A stretch of 28,481 nucleotides of DNA, from positions 1 to 28,481 of the IMG/VR virus record IMGVR_UViG_3300017785_006837. One strand, 5' to 3'. The notes below the pieces were generated by a model. The model had not been told where the DNA came from and made no database searches. It was given only the letters and a program-made list of their open reading frames with translations. This stretch comes from a virus. Taxonomy: Duplodnaviria; Caudoviricetes. This document shows, one piece after another, positions 1-10,081 of the stretch. Position numbers and translations under genes: made by a program. Numbering within the stretch: the first letter of the stretch is position 1; each line of letters opens with the position of its first letter.

Positions 1-182
1 ACATCTCCTACTATTTTAAAAGCTTCTAGCAATTTAATATAGTATTTCATCAATCTTAATTTCTTAAGAGTCTGTTCACATTTTTGCCCAACAGCTAACT
101 TAGCATAATACTTAACAGTTTGTTTAGCTAGTCTAAATTTAGCAGATTGAATAAGCTGATCTAATTCTTCTCTAATTATCAT
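1..182 (-). CDS. Virion-module protein, partial (runs off window start); MIIREELDQLIQSAKFRLAKQ...
   Basis: ATG at 182 overlaps the end of the upstream gene; open frame to the window edge; not in the ORF track. Confidence 0.7.
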   Translation of the reverse strand, partial: MIIREELDQLIQSAKFRLAKQTVKYYAKLAVGQKCEQTLKKLRLMKYYIKLLEAFKIVGD

Positions 183-1023
183 AAGGTGTAAATTTAACAT
201 TTAAAAATCCTGCTGTACCAGCAAGACCTGCGCCAATATCAATTAAACAAGCTATAGATAAGTTTTCTACAGAAGATCCTATAACAGCTTGTCCAGTAAT
301 AATTAATTGTCTAGTATTTAAATCTTTAACATCAACAGATCCAGAGGTAACATCTGTAGAAAATACCATTTCTGATTTATACAAAAACGTATTTTCATTA
401 CTTCCTCTAATGATTTTTACAGTATTCCATAAATTTCTAAATCCATTGGCAGGACTACCTAAATCAGTTATTTCTTGCAAAGTTGTTCCTCCAACAATTA
501 TTCTCAATCCAATAGCATTATCTCCAGGTAATGCAGAAGTAAATGCTTGATAATCAAATTCTAAACAATCTCCTTCAGATGTTAAATAGTTTGCAATATT
601 TCCTGAAAACAATGTTTGATAAGCAGAACTACTTACTACATTAAAAGTAAATCCTGATGTATCGCACATAACACTTCTTCTAGGAAGAGTTATTGGGGGT
701 CCTTGAATACCTGCTGTTATTACTAAACTATTACTAGGAACTACAGAACCAGGAGCTTGATTACCTACATAATTAGTAGCTGTAGTAGGGTTGGTTACAG
801 TAATAGTATTTTCTGTAGCACTAACTACTAATAGATAATTACCATTTACAAAAATATAACTTCCTACTGCTGCCCAAACACCTGTTGAAGGACGTACATT
901 AGAAACATTAATTGTTACTGGGGTAGCATTATTAATAGCTGGTATTACAAAAGTAGCTGTGGTATAAGTATAACTATTATAACCATTCAGCCCTTCATTG
1001 ATTTCTGTTGAATTACAGTCCAT
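172..1023 (-). CDS. Putative virion/fibre-like structural protein
   Basis: Thr/Val/Asn-rich beta-type sequence with a short GIQGP segment; lies in the structural operon. Start moved from 1074 to ATG 1023 (MDCNST) to avoid overlap with the upstream gene. Confidence 0.55.
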   Translation of the reverse strand: MDCNSTEINEGLNGYNSYTYTTATFVIPAINNATPVTINVSNVRPSTGVWAAVGSYIFVNGNYLLVVSATENTITVTNPTTATNYVGNQAPGSVVPSNSLVITAGIQGPPITLPRRSVMCDTSGFTFNVVSSSAYQTLFSGNIANYLTSEGDCLEFDYQAFTSALPGDNAIGLRIIVGGTTLQEITDLGSPANGFRNLWNTVKIIRGSNENTFLYKSEMVFSTDVTSGSVDVKDLNTRQLIITGQAVIGSSVENLSIACLIDIGAGLAGTAGFLNVKFTPYDN

Positions 1024-1037
1024 GATTTTATATATTT

Positions 1038-1586
1038 TTAAGAGCAGCCACAACCACAATCTGTAGATGAGCATATTTTTTGTAGTCTTTTTAAATTTTT
1101 ATTGTAAGCATCTTCCCCTAGATTTTTAGCAATGTATGGGAGAGTTGATAGTAATAGTTCAGCTTCTTCAAAGTTTTCTTTTGGGAGATCTGAACATCCA
1201 CCACTTAATGCTTTTACAGCTAATTTAGCTACGCAACAAGTTACGTCACATTCATTAGTTATTTTAATTTGAGTTTTGTAAGTTACATTGTTAACAGTAT
1301 CTACTAAAGTCAAAGAGATGGTAATAATTCCATCTACTAAACTAGTAATTTCTTGTAGAAGATATATAGGGAAAACTGAATTCTCTATAATTGATTTAAC
1401 ATTATACTGAGTAACTACACCTCCAATTTTAACTTCTAAAGTAGCATTTCCTACAAAATCTCTTGCTAAATTAGGAGTACCCCATCCTGTAGGATTGGTT
1501 GTAACATTATAAAATCCTGTAACATCTTTAATTTCTAAAGTGGAACAATCTTTTACACAAGCTTCTATTTTTGGAATTAGTGCCAT
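1038..1586 (-). CDS. Structural protein with Cys-rich C-terminus (possibly tail hub-like)
   Basis: 182-aa ORF downstream of the auxiliary capsid gene; ends ...KICSSTDCGCGCS; function inferred from position only. Confidence 0.5.
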   Translation of the reverse strand: MALIPKIEACVKDCSTLEIKDVTGFYNVTTNPTGWGTPNLARDFVGNATLEVKIGGVVTQYNVKSIIENSVFPIYLLQEITSLVDGIITISLTLVDTVNNVTYKTQIKITNECDVTCCVAKLAVKALSGGCSDLPKENFEEAELLLSTLPYIAKNLGEDAYNKNLKRLQKICSSTDCGCGCS

Positions 1587-1600
1587 ATTTATGTATGAAT

Positions 1601-1636
1601 AAAAAAGGGGGTTGATCTATTGACCAACTCCCCTTT
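1601..1636 (-). terminator. Rho-independent terminator
   Basis: Minus strand AAAGGGGAGTTG-loop-CAACCCCC followed by a T-run, just after the 1655..2974 gene. Confidence 0.85.
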
Positions 1637-1654
1637 ATATTGTTAACCTAGAGA

Positions 1655-2974
1655 TTAAAGGTTACCTATTTGAGCAGTAAACCCAGCTCTTTGAGCTACA
1701 AAAGCATCTAGTACAGTTACAAGGGAAGTTACAGCACCTGTAATATTAGTACCAAAAGTTCCAGAAGTTTTATTCAAATAAAGAATAATATTACCTTTTA
1801 GCTTACCTGTAGCTACCATAGTATCTTCTACTGAATTCATCCAACCAATATTCAATACAGAGTAGTTGTTATTGATTTCAGCATCTTGCTCTCTTGGTAG
1901 GAAAGGAATTTGCATTGGGTTAATTTGACCTGCATCACCCCAGTAAATGTATTCATCATTCATTGTTTGTTGCCAAGTACCATTACCATCAAATGCTCCA
2001 ACACCATTAGTTACAGCAGTAGTAGTATAACCATTTACCAAAGAAATAGTAAATCTCATTCTATCATACTGTCTCCAACGATTAACATCATATCTCATAG
2101 GAACTCCAGAAATCTTAACACCTACATCACCTGCTACAGCAGCTTTGTTAGTTAAAGCAGCAGCTAAAATAAGTGCAGAATCTCCTTGGTAAGCCCATTC
2201 AAGTTCAATAACTCCAGTAGAGTTTGCACTTAAAGCAACTCCAGTTTTTACTTTGTAAATAGGAGCAGTAGTAGCACCAACAGTTCCACTAATTCTAATA
2301 TAAGAACCAGCAGCAATAGCTAATCCAGTACTTCCTTGAACTACAGTTACTTGTTTAGAGTATTTAGTAAATCTCATAGAAGTAATTGTGTTAGCACCAT
2401 AAGCTACAAATGTATCACTTCCTACAAGTTCAAATTTAGGGTTAAAGTCAATTTCTCTATTTGGTCTAAAAGAAATAATTAAATTCTTTAGGATACCTTC
2501 AGCATTTAACAAAGATGAAGTAGACACAGGAGAAACAAACAATGAATCTTTTAAGTTAAAAGGTACAGCTCCAAAAGTCATTGAATTTGGAAGTGGAGTA
2601 GTTTTAGTAATAAATCTTTTTTCAGCAGTAGATCCAGTTGCTTCTACAGTACCTGAAGTACCATTGTAACCAATGTATGTAACTTGATCAACAGCAGCAG
2701 CAAAAGCGTCACCTGAATACAAGTTAATTGAATTTAGATCAAGATCAAAGATTTTCAATGGTGGAGTTTTGATACCTCTAGCTTGTACAATTCTAATTTT
2801 AGTCTGTCCTAGAACAGTAGTTGAATTTAGAATTCTACCAGCAGCATCAGTTACTACCATTTCACCATCAGCAAGGATGCTTGGTGTTGCAACAGTTCCA
2901 GCAGTAGCTCCAGCAGATCTAGAGATATTTTTAGCAATGGAAACCAGTTTAATATAATTTTTACTATCTAACAT
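1655..2974 (-). CDS. Auxiliary capsid / major structural protein (crAss-like)
   Basis: 439 aa, Ala/Gly/Thr-rich; follows the MCP and ring gene as in crAss-like gene order; followed by a strong terminator, suggesting high expression. Confidence 0.6.
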   Translation of the reverse strand: MLDSKNYIKLVSIAKNISRSAGATAGTVATPSILADGEMVVTDAAGRILNSTTVLGQTKIRIVQARGIKTPPLKIFDLDLNSINLYSGDAFAAAVDQVTYIGYNGTSGTVEATGSTAEKRFITKTTPLPNSMTFGAVPFNLKDSLFVSPVSTSSLLNAEGILKNLIISFRPNREIDFNPKFELVGSDTFVAYGANTITSMRFTKYSKQVTVVQGSTGLAIAAGSYIRISGTVGATTAPIYKVKTGVALSANSTGVIELEWAYQGDSALILAAALTNKAAVAGDVGVKISGVPMRYDVNRWRQYDRMRFTISLVNGYTTTAVTNGVGAFDGNGTWQQTMNDEYIYWGDAGQINPMQIPFLPREQDAEINNNYSVLNIGWMNSVEDTMVATGKLKGNIILYLNKTSGTFGTNITGAVTSLVTVLDAFVAQRAGFTAQIGNL

Positions 2975-3016
2975 TTTATTTTTGTTTTTGAGTTACTCTT
3001 ACGAGTATTTATTAAG

Positions 3017-3754
3017 CTAAATTAATTCATTTACATTCAAAGCACTAATAGGAACACTTTCCCTTATAGCTTTATCTAAAAGCATGATAGCTAAATCCCC
3101 TATAGCATAATGAAATATAGGATCTAGCACAGGATTTACTTGGTTGGCAGGGGTTGTTTCATCTACCACAATAGCAGGTGGATATTTCAAATATCTTAAG
3201 TAATATTCTGTTACTTCAAAAGTATTATCAGTTATCAACCCATGAATTTTTTTATTATCTAATACCCCATGATTAATTCTCCAAACTTTACCATACTCAC
3301 CATCACAATAAGGTTTTTGATAAGGGTTAGTAAAATTTAATTGATATTCATTATGTTGAATAGGGAATACTTGAATTCTTTTGTAAGTTGTTAAAGTAGG
3401 ATCTCCACAATAAGGGACATTGGTTTTAGCTGCTTCATAAATAGCAAACATAAAATCTGAAGGAAGGCTCCAGTATCTTTCTCCATCTAATGTACCAACA
3501 GTTGTTGACAAAATAGCTGGAGGATCTACAGCTTCTTTTCCATCTTTAATTAAAGCAGACAACCCTTGTTTTTTAATTTCAGTTTCTTCAAAAGTATCTC
3601 TACCCTGCCCAGGTTTTAAAGTACCTAATATATAAAGTATTTGAGCATTAGTAAATAAGATACTTAATTCTGAATCCTCATACCCAGGAGCAGAGCCTGA
3701 GTATAAGGAATCAAATTTAGTTAATACATATATTTTTAATTCATTTGCAGTCAT
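3017..3754 (-). CDS. crAss-like tail ring / head-tail connector protein
   Basis: N-terminal FDSLYSGSAPGYEDSELSILFTNAQ and C-terminal YYLRYLKYPPAI...LDPIFH match the conserved crAss ring-protein pattern; syntenic position. Confidence 0.7.
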   Translation of the reverse strand: MTANELKIYVLTKFDSLYSGSAPGYEDSELSILFTNAQILYILGTLKPGQGRDTFEETEIKKQGLSALIKDGKEAVDPPAILSTTVGTLDGERYWSLPSDFMFAIYEAAKTNVPYCGDPTLTTYKRIQVFPIQHNEYQLNFTNPYQKPYCDGEYGKVWRINHGVLDNKKIHGLITDNTFEVTEYYLRYLKYPPAIVVDETTPANQVNPVLDPIFHYAIGDLAIMLLDKAIRESVPISALNVNELI

Positions 3755-4716
3755 TAGCTGGCTAATTTAATTTGATCTTTAATTAGTTCTAGTCTATCAA
3801 AATTTTCAGGATCTTTCAACCATTTCAAAGCTATATCCATAGTTCCAATATCAAAACCATCTCTCAATCTATAAGACTGTTCTTTAGTTTTAGAAATTAC
3901 ACCTTTTTTAACAGCTCTTAGTAGTACAATCTTAACTTCTCTAAATGGAGATTTAATAATAGACACAAATAATTCAGGGGTGTTTTTAGCAATTTTATAG
4001 CATTCTGTAGTTACATATTCAATATTAGTTGACTCAGATACTCTTCCATCTTTCATCCAAATAACTTCAAGCATTTTGTTGATGTCATTTTTAATAAGAT
4101 TGAATTCATCTACAGCATTCATTTCTATTTTAAGCTTATGATTTTCAGCTTTCATAATCTGATCAATATCCATAATCACATATCTGTATGTAGATTTTTT
4201 GTTTTGTTCTTCAAAACTAGGAGCAATCAAAGATTTAAAATGTGAAGCTAAAATTTTAAAATTAAGCATATCATGAGGTCTACCCAAATCTAATTCAATA
4301 GCCTCATTTTTAAGAACTACAGGATTCTTCTTAAAGTAAGAATCTGGAATTCTATTACCATCAGGTAAAGTACGAGTTTTGTTAGCATCTAAATCTCCTT
4401 CTTGAAGACCTAATGTTTTTTCAAAAAACTCTTGTTCTGTAAGTTCAATTGATGGATATTCGATAGTTCTATGTTTAATAGTATTATCTAGGATGCTAAC
4501 AAGCAATCCTGTTCTTCTATCCAAAGGTACTGTAATCCAAGATTTTGCATTTGCAAACATAAATCCAGCATCATTAATTTCACTACCATTTTTTTCAACC
4601 TTAAATTTCTGTCTCCAAGAATTAGGTTTTTTAATTGGCATTAATTTTACTTTTCTGTTTTGAAGGTAACTAAATGTAATTACCTCTTTTTTGTCTTTTA
4701 ATTCTGTCTTTTCCAT
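3754..4716 (-). CDS. Conserved crAss-like protein immediately downstream of the MCP (gene 75-like)
   Basis: 320-aa ORF; synteny with the crAss capsid module; TAATG coupling to the next gene. Confidence 0.6.
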   Translation of the reverse strand: MEKTELKDKKEVITFSYLQNRKVKLMPIKKPNSWRQKFKVEKNGSEINDAGFMFANAKSWITVPLDRRTGLLVSILDNTIKHRTIEYPSIELTEQEFFEKTLGLQEGDLDANKTRTLPDGNRIPDSYFKKNPVVLKNEAIELDLGRPHDMLNFKILASHFKSLIAPSFEEQNKKSTYRYVIMDIDQIMKAENHKLKIEMNAVDEFNLIKNDINKMLEVIWMKDGRVSESTNIEYVTTECYKIAKNTPELFVSIIKSPFREVKIVLLRAVKKGVISKTKEQSYRLRDGFDIGTMDIALKWLKDPENFDRLELIKDQIKLAS

Positions 4717-4733
4717 TTTCTTTTAAGTTTATA

Positions 4734-4741
4734 CAAAGATA
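4734..4741 (-). promoter_or_regulatory. Bacteroidota -7 promoter element TATCTTTG
   Basis: TAnnTTTG consensus 17 nt upstream of the ATG at 4716, directly after the MCP terminator. Confidence 0.6.
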
Positions 4742-4745
4742 TAAT

Positions 4746-4770
4746 AAAAAGGGGAACTTAATCCCCTTTC
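4746..4770 (-). terminator. Rho-independent terminator after the MCP
   Basis: Minus strand AAAGGGGA-TTAAGT-TCCCCTTTTT. Confidence 0.85.
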
Positions 4771-4793
4771 TATTATTTATTTTATTCTTATGA

Positions 4794-6281
4794 TTATGCG
4801 AGAACGCACTTCATATCAATCATTTTAGTTGGGTCAGTAACCATTAGACCACCTTGCCACATACCATGAATCTCATAACCATCTACTTTAGATACAGCAG
4901 GGCTTGGGTTCATACCTTTACCACCTACGGAGAATGGATCTCTCATACCTGGGAAGTACTTAAATACTTCAGTAAATCCGCGAGGAACAACACGTTTAAC
5001 ACCTGCTTCTCCTCCAATGTCCATAGCTACAAATCTGCGTGATTCTACAGTACCACCTTTAGGGTGTTCTTCTGGGAACAATACTCTGTTATCAAACAAT
5101 GGGCAGTACATCAATTCAAAGATGATACCATTGTAAGCATAGTATGTAACATACTGATAACCATAACCAAGAGGATTTTTAATTCCACTCAATCCAGTTT
5201 TAGATTTCTCAATGTAGTCAAGAGTTCTTGATACAGTTGAATCTGAGTTTACTTTAGTTTGTACAGCTTTAGAGAAATCTCTCAAACCATATTCACCAGT
5301 ACAAAGAGTTACAACTCTTTTACCCATTTCAATTCTACCAATTGACAAATCCATTACTGCTTCTGACAAAAGATCAAGATCAAATTCACCATAAGAAAGT
5401 TGGTTAGATGGAGAAATTTGTTCAAACAAACCAGCACCTACTTCAATTGGGAAACCATTCTTCTTATCTTTATTCAAGAAAATATCATTGTCAGTAAAGT
5501 TATGTCTACCGTACATTGATAGAGATACTTTAGCCATATCAAATTGATATTTAGCAACCATATCTAGGTAGTTAATCCACACTGGAATTGTCTTACCTGT
5601 ATCTCTTGGATTAGGGAATTCAAATTTCAATGGGTAGTTTTTACCTTCACCAATCATGTTACCAGGAACTTCATATTCCATTCTTAGAGTTGAAGTAATA
5701 TTCTTCATTCTAAATGGAGATGTAAAGTTTGGTTTTTGACCTCTGTAAGATAGGGTGTTAGGTTGGTAGTTACCAAACTTAGCCCAACGAGTACCTGCTT
5801 CTAGTTCTTCAACATCAACATAGAAAGTTGGATCTGAAGTAATCAATTCTACTTCATAAACAAAGTTACTTCCTTTTTGAGTTTGGTTAGTAACATAAAG
5901 TTGGAATTCTTCTTTGTTACCTTTAAGTACGTTTCCTGGTTCAAAATAAGGTTCACCAAATTCTAGGAAGAAACTAGTTCCTGCTACACCAGGTTCTGCT
6001 ACTTTAGTTGCAGAATCATCAACATACCAATCTAACAAAGGTACGTTTTTCTCATGCTGACCAATCAAATCCCAATAGTAGAATTCTCCTTCTGGAGCTT
6101 CAACTACAGGAAATTGGTTATACCAGTCAAACATTGCAGTTCCAAGATTTACTCTGTAAATCTGGTGGATAACATTACTAATCATAATAGGGTCTTTCTG
6201 ATAAAGCGCACCAATATTACTTTTTGTTACTAGACCGTTAAAGTCTTTAGCAGCATACTGCTGCAAATTAAATTGCTTCAT
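4794..6281 (-). CDS. Major capsid protein (crAss-like)
   Basis: 495 aa; motifs GAGLFEQI, TGEYG, HPKGGTVESRR, PGMRDPF and DGYEIH typical of crAss-like MCPs; follows portal and scaffold genes. Confidence 0.9.
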   Translation of the reverse strand: MKQFNLQQYAAKDFNGLVTKSNIGALYQKDPIMISNVIHQIYRVNLGTAMFDWYNQFPVVEAPEGEFYYWDLIGQHEKNVPLLDWYVDDSATKVAEPGVAGTSFFLEFGEPYFEPGNVLKGNKEEFQLYVTNQTQKGSNFVYEVELITSDPTFYVDVEELEAGTRWAKFGNYQPNTLSYRGQKPNFTSPFRMKNITSTLRMEYEVPGNMIGEGKNYPLKFEFPNPRDTGKTIPVWINYLDMVAKYQFDMAKVSLSMYGRHNFTDNDIFLNKDKKNGFPIEVGAGLFEQISPSNQLSYGEFDLDLLSEAVMDLSIGRIEMGKRVVTLCTGEYGLRDFSKAVQTKVNSDSTVSRTLDYIEKSKTGLSGIKNPLGYGYQYVTYYAYNGIIFELMYCPLFDNRVLFPEEHPKGGTVESRRFVAMDIGGEAGVKRVVPRGFTEVFKYFPGMRDPFSVGGKGMNPSPAVSKVDGYEIHGMWQGGLMVTDPTKMIDMKCVLA

Positions 6282-6286
6282 TAATT

Positions 6287-7468
6287 TTAAGTATTAAATA
6301 TTTGAGTAAGGTCTGCAATAACATCATCGCTATCAGTATCAAGTCCAGACTTTCCTTTTGTTCCTACAGAACTAAATTTAGAGGAGATTTTATTAATATC
6401 ATCCCCTACTTTTTTAACAGCTTTTGATTGAGCTGATTTTGTAATTTTATCAAAATTTGGTTTTACACTTCCATTCTTATCTAAAGCAAAATAATCCATT
6501 GCTACTAGTAAGTGTAACGCATTTTGAAATCCTTCTGAATCTCTCTCTGCTAACATCCCCACTTTATTCAAAGGCTTATTGTCTTTATTTTTTCCTACTA
6601 TTTCTGTCCTAGATCTAAAGATTTCCTCTACAATTTTTTCATTTATAGGGAAACCTTCTTTATTTATTTTTTCTCTAAACGCACTGATTGAAGCTTTCAT
6701 ATTTTGCAACTGTTGTCTTTGAGCAGTTTCTCTTTTTTGAGCTTCAAGTTTTTCTGTTTCTTTTTTAGTTTCAACTTCTTTATTAGCTGAATCTAAAAGT
6801 TTAATCCTAGCTTTCTCTGCTTTATCTGCAATTTCTTCTAGGTCTACAGCTTTAGTTACAGCATCTTCAATTTCTTCTTCATCAAATCCTTTAGACTTAA
6901 GGTATTCTGTATAAACAGCTTTAGCTTTATCAACATCTTGCTCAAAAGCACTTTTAGATAAAGAAGCATACTTGTCAATTTTATCTCCAAGAGCATCTAC
7001 AGTTTCACCATCTAGTTCACTTTCAAACATCAACTCTACTTTCTTTTTAACAGAAGGTGGTAGTTGAGGTACAATCTCTTTAAACAAAATATCAATTGCA
7101 TCTTTCTCAGCTTTTCTTTCTAGAAGAATACTGAATGATTCTTCACTTCCATCAAACTTAAAATCATCATCTTCATATTCTGATAAATCAGACATAAATC
7201 CTTTTGATTGAAAGTGTGTTACAATATCTTGATAAGCTGTAGTATCATCATTAGATGATGTTTCTTTAGCAGTTTCTTTTACTTCTTCTTTTTTTACTTC
7301 AGAAGTTTTTGGCTCTGGAGTTTCTTCAGGAGTTTCTAAATCATCAATAATATCTTCAAGCCCTTCGAATACTTCTTCGTGGCTTAGTTCAGTTGTATCT
7401 GGATTTTCATTAATTAATCCATTATTGTCTGACATTAAATCTCCGTCTACTTTAAATTCATTTTCCAT
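6287..7468 (-). CDS. Putative scaffolding protein (crAss gene 77-like)
   Basis: Very acidic N-terminus and coiled-coil middle; located between portal and MCP. Confidence 0.65.
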   Translation of the reverse strand: MENEFKVDGDLMSDNNGLINENPDTTELSHEEVFEGLEDIIDDLETPEETPEPKTSEVKKEEVKETAKETSSNDDTTAYQDIVTHFQSKGFMSDLSEYEDDDFKFDGSEESFSILLERKAEKDAIDILFKEIVPQLPPSVKKKVELMFESELDGETVDALGDKIDKYASLSKSAFEQDVDKAKAVYTEYLKSKGFDEEEIEDAVTKAVDLEEIADKAEKARIKLLDSANKEVETKKETEKLEAQKRETAQRQQLQNMKASISAFREKINKEGFPINEKIVEEIFRSRTEIVGKNKDNKPLNKVGMLAERDSEGFQNALHLLVAMDYFALDKNGSVKPNFDKITKSAQSKAVKKVGDDINKISSKFSSVGTKGKSGLDTDSDDVIADLTQIFNT

Positions 7469-7476
7469 AGTTAATT

Positions 7477-7484
7477 CAAATTTA
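7477..7484 (-). promoter_or_regulatory. Bacteroidota -7 promoter element TAAATTTG
   Basis: TAnnTTTG 8 nt upstream of the ATG at 7468. Confidence 0.5.
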
Positions 7485-7530
7485 GTTCTTTATGTTTCTG
7501 TCTATTTTTTAGAGCAACCATCAGTATAGC

Positions 7531-10065
7531 TTATTTACTAGGTTTTTTTCTAGCAGCCATCTTCTTAACAGCAATTTCTTTCTCTTTCAGTTTAGCAGAT
7601 TGATTAGCTATTCTTTCCTGAGATTTGTTTTGAATTTCTGTTTGTTTAATTTTTAATTGCTCTAATCTTTCTTTTAGTTTTAACTCTTGTTCTTTAATCT
7701 TGAGTTCTTTATTTTTAGTACTAGCGTTCAAAGCTAATTCTTTTTCTTTAAATAATATATCAGTATACTGTTTATTTGTTTCTAATGCAAGCTTACCTTG
7801 TTCTATAACATCAGGAACAAGGTTGTCATTAACATCAGTATCTTCAGCAAACCCTAAAGCTCTTAGTGTTTCAACTTCAAGCTCATTAGCTCTATCAAGT
7901 TCTTTATTGATATTCTCATTTTCCATCTTATCATACTCAAGCTGTAGATACTTCTGTTCAGTTTCAGCAATTTGAGCAGCCATTTGAGCTTCATGTTCTC
8001 TTTCAGCTTTTGCAGACTCAGCTTGTTGTTGCATTGCTTCCTCTTCTACTTGTTCAAGGTATCTAGATAGAGCAGACACACTGTCTTTTTGGTAAATAGC
8101 TATAATATCTTTAAACTTCATAACACCATTTTGCATAGCAGCATGTGCAAGTTGTTTAATAGCTTGCATCATCTCAGCTACATTGGCATTATCTGTAGTT
8201 TCTAAGTCATATTCTGATTCATCAATATCATCAAACCATTTTACTAGTTCAGTACCCCCATCATCCAGTACATACTGTGCTTTTTTAGGGTTGTTCTTCC
8301 ATACATATTTAGATACAGACAGCATTCTAGCAAGTACATCTTTCTTAAACTCATTATGCAAACTAATATACTTTTCAGTTGCAGAATTAGAAGCTGACCA
8401 AGCCATTTGTGCATTCCCAACAGCTTGACTACTAGATAAGTCACCTTGTCTAGCATCATTAACCCCAGAAATAACGTCCATTTCTTGTCTCAAGAACTGA
8501 AGCATCTGTATTTGCTGACTAATATACTGACCCATTTGTTGATCAATAGTTTGTGCAGTCAATGTATTAAAATTACCAGCAGATTTACCTTGAGAAGGTC
8601 CTTTAAGGATCTCATTAGTTGGGTCCATTGGTAACCAACCAGTTGCTTCTCCAACACCAAACCATTTTTTAGGGTCCCAAGCTTCAGGAACCATTGACAC
8701 ATTGAATAATGTCATTGGACCTTTGTATTTAGCTGAGATTAAGTTCAATCTATGGTGATAAATGTCATATAAATAGCTTGTTGCCTTAGTAATATCCAAA
8801 AAGCTTCTAACTTTAGAGTTATTTGTGTTGCAATAGATACCTACATAAGAAGGTGATGCTTTAGCTAGGTTAGTTAGCTTTCTATCTTGATATGGGAGAG
8901 GTCTTAGCTTACAATAAATGTCATTTCCAATCTTAGTACCTTCCCACCACTCATTAATAATGATTATTTTAGAAGTTTCCCCTAAAGATTTATCTACTTT
9001 ATAGAATTCATCTTCAATTCTAACATCTTCAATCCCATAATCATCAAAGAAAGTGATTTCTTGGAGCTTTCTTTTACTTCTCCATTGAGTTCTAACAACT
9101 CTAATGTTACCTCTGATGTCAAAAGTAGAACTAAAGTAAGATAATGCTGTTTCATTAGGTTGAATAATGTCAGTATTACCATACCATTCCCCTAAAGTAA
9201 TGTCTCTATTGAATGCCATCCCCATAGGACCAACGCTAGAAGACATTCCTCTATACTTTTCTAGAGAAATTACATCTGCTGGAGTTAAATCATCGTAAAA
9301 TTGGTTCAATACTTCCCCTAAAGGCATCATAGTAAACTCAACAATCATTTCTGAATCTTGAATTTTATAGGCTTCTTGTGATTGAATAGCAAATACATAC
9401 AAAGGATTTACTTTTCTAACAGATAAATCATTACCTAGTTCTTCAATACACATAATTTCTTCCCCAGTAATTAGAAAATCTTCCCAACTTCTAAGAAATA
9501 ATTCAGCAACCCCTAATCTATTATATTCATATCTAAGTATTTTATTCATAGTGATTTCTTTTAAATCTTGCCATGAATATTTAAGATATTTTTGTTGTTT
9601 TAATAACTCTTGTTGTACTACTTCAGGATCTTGGATATTTTGTTCAATCATTTGAATCATTTTCTCCATCCACATACCCTTCATTTGCTCTTCTTTAGAG
9701 CTAATTCCCATTTCATCAGAAGATGAGATATTAACTCTGTAAGGAAATCTAGTTAATTTTTTAGCTTCTTCCCCAACAAGAATTCTAATTTTAGCATTAG
9801 CTAATTCCTGATGTTGTACATTTTTTGGGAAAGTTTTAAATTGTTCCCCATAAGGCTCTATAACTCTAGATACATCACTATCAGTGAGTTGTCCATTATA
9901 CAATCTATAGTTTACTCTTTTGTTATAGAAAGATTGTCTAATAACAGCTGAGTCAATTGTAATAACTGATTCCCCAGCATCTACACATCTTTTAGCCCAG
10001 TCTTTATTCTTGAGCCTGTCAGAGACTACTTGTTCAGGGAATATTAATACACTACTTCCTACCAT
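7531..10065 (-). CDS. Portal protein
   Basis: 844 aa after TerL; crAss-like portal motifs (NYRLYNG, NEWWEGTKIG, SGVNDARQG) and a long C-terminal coiled coil. Confidence 0.9.
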   Translation of the reverse strand: MVGSSVLIFPEQVVSDRLKNKDWAKRCVDAGESVITIDSAVIRQSFYNKRVNYRLYNGQLTDSDVSRVIEPYGEQFKTFPKNVQHQELANAKIRILVGEEAKKLTRFPYRVNISSSDEMGISSKEEQMKGMWMEKMIQMIEQNIQDPEVVQQELLKQQKYLKYSWQDLKEITMNKILRYEYNRLGVAELFLRSWEDFLITGEEIMCIEELGNDLSVRKVNPLYVFAIQSQEAYKIQDSEMIVEFTMMPLGEVLNQFYDDLTPADVISLEKYRGMSSSVGPMGMAFNRDITLGEWYGNTDIIQPNETALSYFSSTFDIRGNIRVVRTQWRSKRKLQEITFFDDYGIEDVRIEDEFYKVDKSLGETSKIIIINEWWEGTKIGNDIYCKLRPLPYQDRKLTNLAKASPSYVGIYCNTNNSKVRSFLDITKATSYLYDIYHHRLNLISAKYKGPMTLFNVSMVPEAWDPKKWFGVGEATGWLPMDPTNEILKGPSQGKSAGNFNTLTAQTIDQQMGQYISQQIQMLQFLRQEMDVISGVNDARQGDLSSSQAVGNAQMAWSASNSATEKYISLHNEFKKDVLARMLSVSKYVWKNNPKKAQYVLDDGGTELVKWFDDIDESEYDLETTDNANVAEMMQAIKQLAHAAMQNGVMKFKDIIAIYQKDSVSALSRYLEQVEEEAMQQQAESAKAEREHEAQMAAQIAETEQKYLQLEYDKMENENINKELDRANELEVETLRALGFAEDTDVNDNLVPDVIEQGKLALETNKQYTDILFKEKELALNASTKNKELKIKEQELKLKERLEQLKIKQTEIQNKSQERIANQSAKLKEKEIAVKKMAARKKPSK

Positions 10066-10070
10066 GTTTA

Positions 10071-10078
10071 CAAATTTA
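10071..10078 (-). promoter_or_regulatory. Bacteroidota -7 promoter element TAAATTTG
   Basis: TAnnTTTG in the 16-nt terL-portal gap, 5 nt before the ATG. Confidence 0.45.
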
Positions 10079-10081
10079 TTA

